Notes under the pieces: model-generated
The model's input: only the letters and a program-made list of their open reading frames with translations
Told to the model about the DNA's origin: nothing
Databases searched by the model: none
Made by a program: the position numbers and the translations under genes
Assembly: GCF_030144855.1 (NCBI RefSeq)
Contig: NC_082722.1
Span: forward strand, 21,204,001-21,268,000
Direction of reading: 5' to 3'
DNA from: Hypanus sabinus
Lineage: Eukaryota
Length of the DNA: 64,000 bases
Shown here: one piece after another, positions 1-13,000 of the stretch
How positions within the stretch are numbered: the stretch's first letter is position 1
How the letters are laid out: each line of letters opens with the position of its first letter

Positions 1-99
1 TTGTGGGATGTTAGGACAGAAATTGAAAGGGCAATTGCAGTGAGATGACCACCGTCTTCTAGCAGGATTGTGGTACCAGAACACTAGAGTGTGACTAAG

Positions 100-1500
100 A
101 TGCATTTATTTAAAAGGCGTGCAAGGATAAGCCCAGAGTTTCGGGTGGCAAACCTGACATCGGTGCTGGGAACGATAATGGAGTGGATTCTGAGGCAAAC
201 GGTCTCTCATAGTTTGGAAAGGCGAGGACTGAAAGGGTAACATTCAGCAAGGATTTGTCATGGGGAATCATATCTCACAAATCTCATTGAGTTGTTTTGA
301 GATGTGAAGAAAACATTTGCTGAGGACAGGGCAGTATTCTAGACTTTCATTGAGATTTGTAACGTCCCGTATGGCAGACCTAATGTAGAAAGCTGGATGA
401 CATGGGAGCCAGGGTGAGCCAGCCGACTGAACAGGAGAGCACGAAATGGTGTAGTATATCATCAGAAGGTGATAGAGGAGATTTGGTATTTCAGAATGAA
501 GGTCTCTAACTACTGATGTACTGGAGAGGGCGATTCAAGTTTCAGTACTCTTTGTCATCAAGTTCTGAAATACTGAAGAGGATAATATTGTGAACATCAT
601 TAATAACTTCGGGGAGGCAACGAAATTGTTGATGTAGAGGAAAGTGAAAGCTAACCAAGATAATGAACTGGGAAACTAGTCCATCAAGTGCAGATATACT
701 GTAATTTAACTTGGACAATGGCAAAAATGTGCGCTTTGGTTAGTTAAAATAAAGCAGGAATTACACAGTAAGTTGTCCTGGGCGTTGAAGTAGAACACAG
801 TGACTGAGTGTAACACGTACATAGATCTCTGCAAGTGGTGATGGAGGTGGAAAGAAAGGTAAAGAAAATGTTCGTCACACATGACACAACAGTTGGGGCG
901 TTGAGTGCACGGTCTCGAATATACTGTTATTCCGTACCTATTGTTAGTTAAAAACTTGAAGCATTCTGTGCATTTCTGATCGTCCAGCAGCCCTTAACAG
1001 AGTGCAGAAAGGACTCACGAGTAGGTTTGCAGGACAGCAAACTTTTAGCTGTAGGGAAAGGCTGGGGTTATTGTTCCTTGAGTACAATAGGTTGAGGGAT
1101 GACCTGATGTAGGAATATAAAGCGACGAGGGGCATGGACAGGCTTAAATTAAAGTTTTACACCCAGGATAGCTTAATCGACAATACATCAATTCATGTTG
1201 TGAGAGAAAAGATTTTAAATGAGCCTAGGGAAAGTTATTCAACAGATAGGAGCTTAATAACTGGAAAATGTACCGGAAGGTACAGGTGGGTTCGGTAGCA
1301 ATCTGTGAAATGCAGTTGGATTGGTATACTAAGTAATGTTGAGAGCAGAAAGATTGCAAGGGCCAAAAATTGTCCTCTAGGAGATCAGAGTAATAATCTG
1401 TGCATGGAACCAAAAGAGAATGGGGAGATCTTAAATGGATTAATTGCATTTGTATTTACTCGGGAGACGGACACGGGGTCGATAGAAGTGAAGCAAAGCA
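100..1500 (+). mobile_element. Old, heavily decayed CR1 LINE RT fragment (block-1 copy)
   Basis: Degenerate 'GFxxGxSxLTNLIE' coding (ctcacaaatctcattgag) and downstream CR1-like segments. Shares idiosyncratic motifs (gtgagccagcc) with the copies at 22480 and 32560. Confidence 0.7.
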
Positions 1501-1749
1501 GTAATGAGGTTATGGTCTTGTATTTCTTCATTTAAATCTTTGAAAATTGGGTCTAAGACCAAAGGGAACCCAGCATGGCCTATGATTGTATGCTCCTACT
1601 TCCCTTCTCTTATCTCCAGCTATCTGAGCAATTATCCATCCGATCCAACATGTTGCCTTTAATTCCCAGTGTTCTCATTTTCCACATAGGTCAAACATTT
1701 TCTAGAAATTCTCATAAAATAGTTTTCACATCAATAAGATAAGATATTT

Positions 1750-2500
1750 TGCAGAGTTGCTGGAAATCCTAAACAACGCACACAACGTTGTAGAGGAACT
1801 TAGTCGGTGAAGAAGCACCTGTGGAAGTGAATAAAGAGTCGGTGTTTTGGGCCAAGACCCTTCGTCAGCAATGGAAATGAAGAAGGAAGATACCATAATA
1901 GAAAGAAAGGGGACTGAAAGGACAACTAACAAGAAGGTCACGGGTAAGGCCTGGTGAGTGGGGGGAGGAGATGAAGTAACAACCTGGGTGATGATAGATG
2001 GAAAAGGAAAAGTACCGTCGAAGAAGGAATCTGATAGGATAGGAGAGTAGACCATCAGAGAAAGGGAAGAAAGAAGGGCACCAAGGAGAAGATATAGGCA
2101 GTTGAGGAGAAGCGGTAGGAGTCTAGAGTTTAGAACAGAAGAAGAAGGAAAGGAGAGAGAAAACTTAATGAAAGCAGAAATCGATGTTCATGCCATCAGG
2201 CTGGAGGCTAAATGGACTGAAAATGAGGCGTTGATCCTCGACCCTAACAGTAGCCTCATGGTGGTAGAAGAAAAAGCCAAAGACCAAAATGCCGCGATGA
2301 GAAGTAAAATGACTGGAATTTCCACTTTTTCTGGATGCAGTGGAGGTCCTTGTAAAAGCAGTCCTCTAATTTATGTTGGGTTGCACCAACGTAGAGGAGG
2401 CGGCATCGGAAGTACCGGACAGAGTAGACAACCATAATAGATTCGGAGATTAAAGTTTGCCTCACCAGTGCGGACTGTTTGCTACCCTGAATGTTGGTGA
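1750..2500 (-). mobile_element. Penelope-like element 3' fragment (block-1 copy)
   Basis: Terminal 'aacacacacaa...ggaactcagc...gagacccttc' type segment followed by decayed GIY-YIG-region sequence. Same position relative to flanks as 25020-25730. Confidence 0.65.
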
Positions 2501-3850
2501 TAAATGATATGTCTCAAGTATAATTTTCATGTTGTCTTGATCTGACAGGAACCTTTTTCTTCCATTTAGATTTGCAGTTTTGAATCGAAAACAAATGCTC
2601 TCTTCACCCAGGGACCTGCTCATCTCAGTTCAAGTTTGACAACACTTCATAGTCATTTACAAGGGAAAGTCAGTCTAGAATCTACCTCAGTGTTGTATAT
2701 ACAAATAAAATACCTATCTTCATAGGAAGGCCACTTCTGTTTTTAAGAGTATGTTAAGACATATAGAAGAACTTTGATAAAATTCCGACTAGATTCCATT
2801 ATTTTTCTGATTCAAATGAAAACAATTCTCAATCCTTCTCCAGGTATTCGTTCATGACAGGCTAATCAAGGTTCTCGGCCCGAAAAGGCAACTGTTCATT
2901 CCTCTCCGCTGATGCCAATTTCAAGCTTGGATCGTAGTATAAACTGAAGGTTTCTCTTGACATTGATATTGTTATGAGTTTTTTCTGCAGTACTGTGAAG
3001 TATAACTAGTACCACCATCGATATAGTCAAAGACTAAATCTTTAGAAGTGTATTTTATTTGATGTTGTGATGATGCTTTGCATTATTCACTTTGCAAAAT
3101 GCTGAAGACACAGAATTGAAACACGGACGTTGCAGAACATCATGGGAAACTTTTAGTTGAGAGGAAGAGGGCTCGAAGTCACTTATTTTAACTTCGAGTC
3201 ATTGTCTGTAAACTGAGTGTCGATCTTAAAAAGAAATGTCTGAAAATCGATTTTTTGAGCGACATGCAAACTTTACCCACAAAGGCTTTCCATGATATCA
3301 TCAGGCTCGTTCGTGCATTTCTATTTTGTGCTATTTGTAATTTCCTGTTGACCTGCGTGATAATTTCGTAGCCGATCTTTAGCTGAAAGAGAAAATAAAT
3401 CGTGGTGTACAGCACGGAAGGGTCTCGTCTCGACCATTTGGAATGAAATATTTATGAAACTGTTATTTTCCCTTCCTCTATCACGGTACCACTTCGTCTG
3501 GCAACTTGTTCTATACAGCTACCATCCTCGCTGTGAAAACCCTGCCATCCAGAGATCTCCTTTGATAATTTCTACCCTCAGTTCAGAACGATGTCCTCTC
3601 GTTTTACATCCCCTGGCTTGGGAACCTGACTGTGAGAATCCACTACATTCATGTCCATAGCAACGGTTTTCCAAATTTCATAAGGTAATCCGCCAGTCTG
3701 CTGTACTCCAGAGTGTACAACCCATTTCTATACAATCCCGTCATGCCACTACAGCCTCCCCTTGAAGGCAATGTTCAGGTGTATTGCTACACCAATCATC
3801 CTAATGCAACGCTTCAAGTGCGGCCTAGCCAATGGCTGCAGCGGCAACAT

Positions 3851-5864
3851 AGACAATAGACAATTGGTGCAGAAGTAGACGATTCGGCCCTTCGAGCCTG
3901 CTCCGCCATTTTGAGATCATGGCTGATCAACTACTATCAATAGCCGGTTCCTGCCTTGTCCCCATATCCCTTGATTACCCTATCCATAAGATACCTATCT
4001 AGCTCCTTCTTTAAAGCATCCAGAGGATTGGCCTCCTCTACCATCCGAGGCAGTGCATTCCAGACCCCCACAACTCTCTGGGAGAAGAGGTTTTTCCTTA
4101 AATCTGTCCTAAATGACCTAACCCTTATTCTGAAACCATGCCCTCTGGTACTGGACTGTCGCAGCATCTGGAACATATTTCCTGCCTCTAACTTGTCCAA
4201 TCCCTTAATAATCTTATATGTTTCAATCAGATCCCCTCTCAATCTCCTTAATTCCAGCGTGTACAAGCCCAGTCTCTCTAACCTCTCTGCGTAAGACAGT
4301 CCAGACATCCCAGGAATTAACCTCGTGAATCTACGCTGCACTTCCTCTACAGCCAGGATGTCCTTCCTTAACCCTGGAGACCAAAACTGTACACAATACT
4401 CCAGCTGTGGTCTCACCAGGCCCTGTCCAAATGCAAGAGGGTTTCTTTGCTCTTGTACTCAATTCCCTTTGTAATAAAGGTCAACATTCCATTATCCTTC
4501 TTCACTGCCTGCTGCACTTGCTCATTCACCTTCAGTGACTGATGAACAAGGACTTCTAGATCTCTTTGTATTTCTCCGTTAACTAACTCTACACCGTTCA
4601 GATAATAATCTGCCTTCCTGTTCTTGCTAACAAAGTGGATAACCTCAAACTTATTCACATTAAACGCCATCTGCCAAGTATCTGCCCACTCACCAAGCAT
4701 ATCCAAGTCACCCTGAATTCTCCTAACATCCTCATCACATGTCACCCTGCAACCCAGCTTAGTATCATCAGCAAATTTGCTGATGTTATTTTCAATGCCT
4801 TCATCCAAATCGTTGACGTCAATTGTAAACAGCTGTGGTCCCAATACCTAGCCCTGAGGCACCCCACTAGTCACCACCTGCCATTCCGGAAAACACCCAT
4901 TCACCGCTACCCTTTGCTTTCTATCTGCCAACCGGTTTTCTATCCATGTCAATGTCTTGCACCCGATGCCCTGAGCTTTGATTTTACCCACCAATCTCCT
5001 ATGTGGGACATTATCAAATGCCTTCTGAAAATCGAGGTACTCTACATCCACTGGATCTCCCCCGTCTAACTTCCTGGTTACATCCTCGAAAAACTCCAAC
5101 AGATTAGTCAAGCATGATTTACCCTTGGTAAATCCATGCTGGCTCGGCCCAATCCTATCACTGCTAAATAGATATGCCACTATTTCATCCTTAATAATGG
5201 ACTCTAGCATCTTCCCCACTACCGATGTCAGTCTGACAGGTCGATAGTTCGCAGTTTTCTCCCTCCCTCCTTTCTTAAAAAGTGGGATAACATTAGCCAT
5301 TCTCCAATCCTCAGGAACTGATCCTGACTCTAAGGAACATTGGGAAATGATTACTAATGCATCCGCAATTTCCAAGGCCACCTCCTTTAGTACCCTAGGA
5401 TGCAGACCATCCGGACCTGGGGATTTGTCAGCCTTCAGTCCCATCAGTCTTCTCATCACCGTTTCCTTCCTAATTTCAATCTGTTACATTTCCTCTGTTA
5501 CCCTATGTGCTTGGCCCATCCATACATCTGGGAGATTGTTTGTGTCTTCCTAAGTGAAAACAGATCTAAAGTACTCATTAAATTCTTCTGCCATTTCTCT
5601 GTTTCCCCTGACAATTTCACCCAATTCATTCTACAAGGGCCCAACATTGTTCCTAACTACCTTCTTTCTCTTCACATACCTAAAATAGTTTTTTCTATCT
5701 TCCTTTATATTCCTGGCTAGCTTGCGTTCGTACCTCATTTTTTCTCCCCGTATTGTCTTTTTAGTTAAGTTCTGTTGTTACTTAAAAACTTCCCGATCAT
5801 CTGTCCTCCCACTCACCTTAGCTCTGTCATACTTCCTTTTTTTTAATGCTATGCAATCTCTGAC
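3851..5864 (-). mobile_element. CR1 LINE, 5'-truncated, RT ORF2 broken by frameshifts/stops
   Basis: ORFs 4848-5459, 4413-4844 and 3937-4416 carry KSPGPDG, NYRPV, SCLTNLLEFF, DFQKAFD, GVPQG, FADD and RPQLEYCVQFW. (agacaat)n tail at 3851. Confidence 0.95.
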
Positions 5865-8800
5865 ATGATGTCCCAACACTCGTCAATACACTGTGAAGAA
5901 GGGCAAGATTAAAGACCCTCTTAGTTAATATCCTGATGTGTCATCTTTTCAGGAGACTATCCATGTGCCCCCTAAGGTCACTGCATACCTCAACGCTTCC
6001 GTATACTGTTATATTTCCTGTCTCTGCCAATGGCCCAGTAAATCATCAACAGAAGAGATTCTGGAGATGCTGAAATCCAGAGTAATAAACACAAAATATT
6101 CCAGGAACTTAACAGGTCTGACAGTATGAATGGAGAGGAAGGAACAGTTGTTTTTTTTTTGGGCCGAGAACTTGATTAGCCTGGTTGCTTTTCTTAGGGA
6201 GTTTAAAGCAACGTCCCCTCTAAGTTTTCAGTAGCGTGGACCAACCATTGCTCTGAGCAAGAAATTTTTGCACCGCTTGTAAGAGGTTTATACACGGGCT
6301 GGCAGTTTATTAACAACGTGCTACCGATTTCCGTTCTGAGTTTGTTGTCACAATTTGTACCACTGTTGTAACTTGCAACACTGACAAAGTAAGTACGTTG
6401 ATGCTCTAAAGTATTTTACATGAAAGTTATGGTACGTTTATAATGCAGAAAACATATGGGTTGTCTTCATTAGCACATAATTATGTAGTATTTCGCAAAT
6501 GCATTAACATAGATTTCATAATCATAATAGCATAATTTCAAAATTAGATTAGCATTATCTAAAGGAAAGTTCCAGCTGCATTGCTGCAAAGGCTATATGC
6601 GTGGGCGGAATTTGGTTACTACGCGGCTGCATACCCGCTCAGCTTAATGAGAAATGTGGTGGTAAGTGTAAAAAGACCACACAGAGACAAAGCAGGTTTC
6701 CTAATGAACTGAACTGCGTCCACAAACTTCTGTAATTTTGTTCTTACCCTCTTGGGTAGTCTCCCGTTATCAAAATTTTGAGTATTACCATTGACTTGAA
6801 ACATACAAAAAGCATTGAATCATGTCAATGTTGAAAGTTGATGTACTACAACTTCACATTGTGGTCATTACAGATGTCAATTCTCACCCTCCGTAAAGCA
6901 TGTCATTTTCATATAGACACGTGGATAAATTACTCACCCAGAGGCGGATGTAATATTTCCCTTGGATTAAAGAAGTGGTCAAGCAGAAAAAGGTACCCGA
7001 TGAATAAAAAAAACAACCCACTTCGTCTTCCTTTCACAAGTTTAATGAAGCGACAATGTCCATAAAACCTGAAACTTCTAATAACATTTCAATGAAGGCC
7101 TGTAGAGACCCATTGCCCTACCTCCTGCATTACACTATGTATTCAAATTTGTAAATATATCACTGTTGCTGTATTGACGTAGAATTACCGGAAGTCTTAG
7201 CCAACAAGATAGGCAAATGATGTCTTCTCAGCAGAACGCGAAGGAAGAATTAAATTTTGCCTCACGAGCTACTAACTTTATTCGCTGACAATTTAGTTAA
7301 GGTACACACTGCATTCGCATGAAATTTTACAGCTGATTTCAATACCCCTATTTATCGGTTTCCCTGTGGGTTGGAGCACAATTCGGTGAATGTTTACAAG
7401 ATGCCAATCACGTATTTGTTGTTTTCCTCTTATATTACGGTCGAGTCACTGAATTCTTTGGGCTGAAGTAAAGAGAAGCTGCTCGATGAATTAAATGGGC
7501 CATACAATGTGTGTGAAATCAAGGGAATGGTCAACGTTTTGCGATCCCGACTCGGGATTAGAGTGTAGAGGGAAAATAATAAGTAAATGTGAGAAGGAGG
7601 TGTGCAATAGAAGCTGTCAGGTGATAGGTCGAACAAATCTGTGGGCTGGAGTGGTAGACTGGTTGCAAGCGGAGCGAGAATAGTTTTTTTTATATAATTG
7701 GCGGCCTCTACCTAAATTTAAACAAGCTTTGTCTCGCCAATGGTGTTGAATCTCTGGATGTTGTTTTTTTTTTTCACCGTCTGAAGAATGTTGAGGTAGA
7801 ATCATTGGGATGTATTTGCTAGAGATAATTCCTTTTTTTAAATGATTGGGGAGTGTGCGATGGACCAGAAGAGGAGATTATGAATGAACATATAAGACAT
7901 TATCAGATTGAATGGCCGGGCAGAAGAGAGAGGCGGGATGGTGGAGCCTGGCTTATTACCGATTCTATCCTTCAGTTTCTTACATTTTTTATCAGTGTCA
8001 ATTGGCTCCAATGAATCAGAATAATGTCGAAGACGAAAATGACTTCTTATCTTCCCAACTCATATATATATATGATATTGATTGACATTCTTTGTCTGGA
8101 TATAAGGAATGACACGAAGCAGTGCCTTGGGTTTGCACTCATTGGTGGCCTACAGCTCTGAACTACAACTGGATTCTCAGCTTCACAGCTTCTTTGACAT
8201 GTTTACTGTATCCCTGCGTCAATGTGTGTTTGCGTTGAAGATTGCATGCTGATGTGCTCATTGAACTGTGAAGCTGCAGAGCTACGCAAGTCAGTTTGTG
8301 AGCAACATTGCTTTAGTCTGTGGAAATAATTCAAAATCGGACATCCAGCGACTAATTTAATCAAACCATTGTAAAATAAATTAGTGATGTACTCATCAGT
8401 TATCAGTTTTAGATTATTACATCTTTACACAAGGTTTATGTTAACGTTCTTTCAACATTTCCCTTTTTGATTTATCTGGAATTTCAACGGCAAGAACCTG
8501 TATTGTCCCACAGAAGAAGAAACCTTTCTTTCCTTACTGAAAATTAATTTTTAGCAAAATCTATTTAGGAGTGTAGAGAAATCGTTGAATGAGTAGCTAT
8601 GTTACCAAGTGCTTGTCTAACTCACAATACAAGCGCATTTTTGTGTTATTTCTGTCTGATTTCCGCAACCTGATTTATCTACTGAACTCACAGGTGGTTG
8701 TTTCATTAGAATTAATGTTTAACTTTAACTGGAAATTATCGCAAAAGGATATTACGAAATTGTGATAATATATTGCCAGAGATATAATTATTCTGCAAGC

Positions 8801-9887
8801 TGACGTATATGAACTGGAGCAGATTATTGATTCTCAATAAACAGATGTCGCTGTACTACTTTTGTAACTGAAAATATGTTTATTGATAGGGTCGGAAAGA
8901 AATTTACCCCGTATGTCACAACGTCCACATTTTTATATTCTTAACCTTCAGTATTAATTCAGCCGTCTTTCTTTAGTCTCCCTGCAGAAGATAAGGGGAA
9001 ACAATCCTTTGGGATGCATTCGTTCACAGTCCACAGAACCGAAACTTATTTCTATTTTCAGCTTCTTACTTCTTGTAAAAGCTTTCCATATGCGTACACT
9101 GAATCCTTGTTGCCGATACTTTATTGTTGCAGCTGCAGAGCGGCATATGTCAACTTTTCATCTCTGCCACATCGAGTCTGTGGAAGTAATTCAATATCGA
9201 GACTTTGTCAATTGTCCAGCAAAAAAGCGAAGCGATAGATTTTAAAATACAAACGTAATGTATTTACTGATTTTCATTTTCAAATTACAGCCATTTGAAA
9301 CAGTTTGTACTGAAAGAGACGAAAGAGAAACTGCTGTTTCTTTGGTCTTCACTGAAATTTCGCTGTCATGTTTTACATTATTGTACAAGGTATCATTTTA
9401 CATGGAAACTAAACTGCTTTCGGACTCGGGCTGCTTACGAAGGATGGGGAGGAGGCATCGCCACTGCACATGTAGCATGCAGGCCCACCAGTATGTGGAC
9501 ACGTCCTGGTGCTCGTGAACCAGATCCCCAGCCATGAGTAAATACCTCCACTGCCTTAGGGGCAACCTTGGGAGAATCGAAAGCTACGGTAAGAAACCCG
9601 GACAGCAAATCCGGACTGGAACCCCGAAGTTGGCCGGAAGTTATTGAACATCATTCCGGTAGCTTCTGCAGCCCAAGCTGTTGCCAAACGTATTGCTTCA
9701 TAAGCTTTCCTTTGGAGTACAGTGGTGAGGACGACAGGCGGATTTTGACGAATGAAAATCTTCGGATCTCCACACCTTACGTCCTGCCTTGTGATGATAA
9801 TAATCATCAGCCATTGTCTTCCGAGACAAAAAGATGACCGCCACCAACCATCGTAATGTCAAAATTAGACCAATGCGTTTTTATAGT

Positions 9888-10070
9888 TTAAGACTTTTTT
9901 TCAAAAAAAAAAACAATGCTTATTTTGTATCTCTTCAGCCCCCAATCCCTTGGTTTTACCTTTGCATAGACAACATGATCGTCCTGGCGTCTGACCTGGT
10001 GAATTCTTTTGTTTTCTCTCACGTTTAGTGTAGCATAGGCAAGGTTATATTCAACTGGCGCTCGTCCAGC
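9888..10070 (-). CDS. Exon 6: cytoplasmic tail with two ITIMs (LAYATL, VVYAKV)
   Basis: ccctttacgaaacag|GCT... encodes AGRAPVEYNLAYATLNVRENKRIHQVRRQDDHVVYAKVKPRDWGLKRYKISIVFFFEKKS*. Candidate minus-strand AATAAA signals at 9125-9120 and 8884-8879. Confidence 0.85.
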   Translation of the reverse strand, partial: AGRAPVEYNLAYATLNVRENKRIHQVRRQDDHVVYAKVKPRDWGLKRYKISIVFFFEKKS

Positions 10071-13000
10071 CTGTTTCGTAAAGGGTAGTTAACACTGTTA
10101 GTGGCGAGTCTAATGCAGTTCCAATTCCATAAAGAGAAAATGAGTTTGAAAACATAAATGTAAATGAGTTAAATGCGGCATAATAACATTCTAACATCAG
10201 TAAATGATATTGCGATGTATGTTGTTTCAGAAACGGTACGAAGTGTGTTTTCCCTAGTGCTGAAAGTCTCTATGACCGATTAAGATTGAAATTGATTTTC
10301 AAGCACCATTTAAAAGCTATTCTACGAGTAGGGTGAGTTTCTCATCTCTCGTCACCTTTCGTCTACCGCAGGTTTTTCCTTTTTCCTCCATTTCACAACA
10401 GTTTCCGCAGGGACAACTGTCAGCTTTGTACTCCTCGGGCACTACGGACCTTTGAAGCAGCGTTGTGCGGGTCAGTGATTGTCATTGGTTCTCATACAGT
10501 CACAGACATGTCCATTCTGAGGTTGTAATTGATCATAATATTCCTCTATCAATATACCCCTCTGAGAAGCAAAAAGAAAAACTGTCTCACCTACCGGTTC
10601 TCTGCTCTGACTTGATTCCTCAGAGGTTCTTTGAATACCTAATGGATTGAAAAATACAACACATTAAATAATAGCAGTAATGTTATAAAAGTTGAAGTTG
10701 CGCATTGGATTGCAATCAAATTTCTTGCCGAAAGGTTCAACTCCTGACAGATTTTCAAAATAGTATGGCGCACATTGTTGGCATGAAATGTGTTGCGCAT
10801 GACATTTCATGAATGTGGTGAATCTAGATTTTGATTGAAAGAGTAGAGTGGCGGTACGTGTCTAAAATCCCCGCAGGAAGTCACAGCCTGAAAATCACAG
10901 GTGTCTGAAAAACAGGAACAAGGAATGATCGGATAACCTGAACGGGAATGTAAAATTAAAGTGTTATTTATAATTAGTAATGTCGAATGTGAATCGGATA
11001 ATGCCTTGGAAATCTTGATTCTTTCATTACCATTTGTCTTTTCAATCTGCTGAGGTAATACATGGGAATGTTTGTCAAATCATTCATGTTCTTACCACGT
11101 TTTGCCTTAACTCCGGTTATTATCAAAATTATAATCAGAATTATAAATGCCAGTCCGCCCAATGCACCTCCGAGAATCAGGGGCTTACTGCTGTTTTCTC
11201 GATCTGGGAATAAAAGAAGAAACTGTGAAACATAGATAAATATATAAATACCGTGAGACAAGAAAGTAGAACGTATTAATGGGTAATTCAGGCCTGAACA
11301 ACTAAAGTTTGCAAGAGACGCAATATGACACGAGTCATATTGATGATGATTGCTGATGATAGGACTTATGGAGTGAACAGATCATCTTAAATAGTCATCC
11401 TTTCCAGGGAAACGCATATAAAATGTCAGAGGAACTCAGCAGGCCAGACAGCATCTGTGAAGAAAAGTATTCGACGTTTCTGGCGAGACCCTTCGGCAGG
11501 ACTGGTGCTGCCTGGCCTGTTGAGTTCCTCCAGCATTTTGTGTGTGTTGCTTGGCGTTCCAGCAGCTACATATATTCACTTGTTTGTATTTTGACAGTGA
11601 GTATTTTTCATATAAAATCACAGATTTTTTTTCTTTTAATGATGCTTTTGCAGATAGTTTGATCCAAAATTTGAAATGACATCGTTTCTATTTCTGGGCT
11701 GTCACTCGAAAACTCGCTCAGCAGATTCCATCAGAAAACAAGAGAAAATTACTTTTTACCTTCATAAACATCACAAGATGCATTCATAGAATATTAAAAA
11801 GTACAATCCGAACGATATATAAGGAGAAGTGACTTGGTATTTGGTGAAAACCGAAGAGAAAACGAGCAGGTTTAGATTAAGTAATAAAACAAAGACACTT
11901 GCAGACAGAATTCCAACTTTAAAGGCAGAGGTAGTCAAAGGCGTAGAACTGCGCAAATAGTTAAAAAAGAAAAGAAAAGAATATGGAACAATGGATGTAT
12001 TTAAATATCATTATGAATTCGAAACATAAAATATGATTTGACTTTTTACAAACGTGACCAACTTCCAAAATTGTGCTTGATCCTCTCTCACTTTCCTGTA
12101 CGGTTCAGATGGTTCCATTCTCAACTAGTATCAAATATAGCAATATGAGTCTCGGATGTTTCCAATCAATACACATGCAACATATTAGGAGGTAGAAATT
12201 ACAAAGATTTACCAACCTCTCAGCGCAGAAGCCTCTCAGTACCGAATCTTACACGATAAGGAATCTATCTGTGGCTGAAGGAAATTGCCACTTAATATTC
12301 TCAGCCGGATAGTTATATCGTACTCTCAACTCACAGGGCCTTTTGAACAACTTTCCATAAAAGTGTTTGTTTGTTTTTTTTTTGGTCACGCTGTTATTAC
12401 CGTACATAAGGTCATGTTCACATCATTCCTGATCTTCTGATTACATATTCTATTTCTTGCTTGAGATTTTGTTTGGTGCAAACATACTGTATGTCCTTTA
12501 CACACAATTTACCAAAGTAAAAAACAATTTTCAAATCCTTTAACCCAAAGTTATTAAATGCGCATTATTTCACGATCTTCCGTTTGTAAATCTTGATTTT
12601 TATCTAACAAATACTTGAAGACTAACGGCAAAGTGAACGAAGGAAAATGATTTACTTTCCACAAACGTATGCAAAGGTCAATTGGATGGAGAGAGTAATA
12701 GAAATGAACTGCACTAGATCTAATATCACATTCATGCCATTTGCTTTCTGTTGCACAAATATAACGTAGAATTAAAAGTGTTGGCCATTATAAAGAGATC
12801 TTATGAGCACACCAATTATTGGTGAAATTTCAGGCAGAAAAGCAATTTCTCAATCTGCAGGTAAATAGAGCTGGGTCCTCACCTCCCCACCCCCACCCCT
12901 ATCCACCACCCATTCCATCCACATCATATCTCTTCGGCAAGTTAGATGTCTCCTCCACTGTGAACTCTGACACAAAATAGTCAATCAAAGACTCGACTAT

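Noticed and set aside
9556-9807. Minus-strand ORF with a YEAI motif as an extra cytoplasmic exon
   Set aside because: No convincing acceptor. It lies after the in-frame stop of exon 6 and is most likely 3' UTR. A possible donor after VVYAK (AAG|gtaaaa) has no identified partner.
11031-11049. Micro-exon (ctcag|CAGATTGAAAAGACAAATG|gtaatg) after the TM exon
   Set aside because: It would need a 46-nt intron and introduces an immediate stop.
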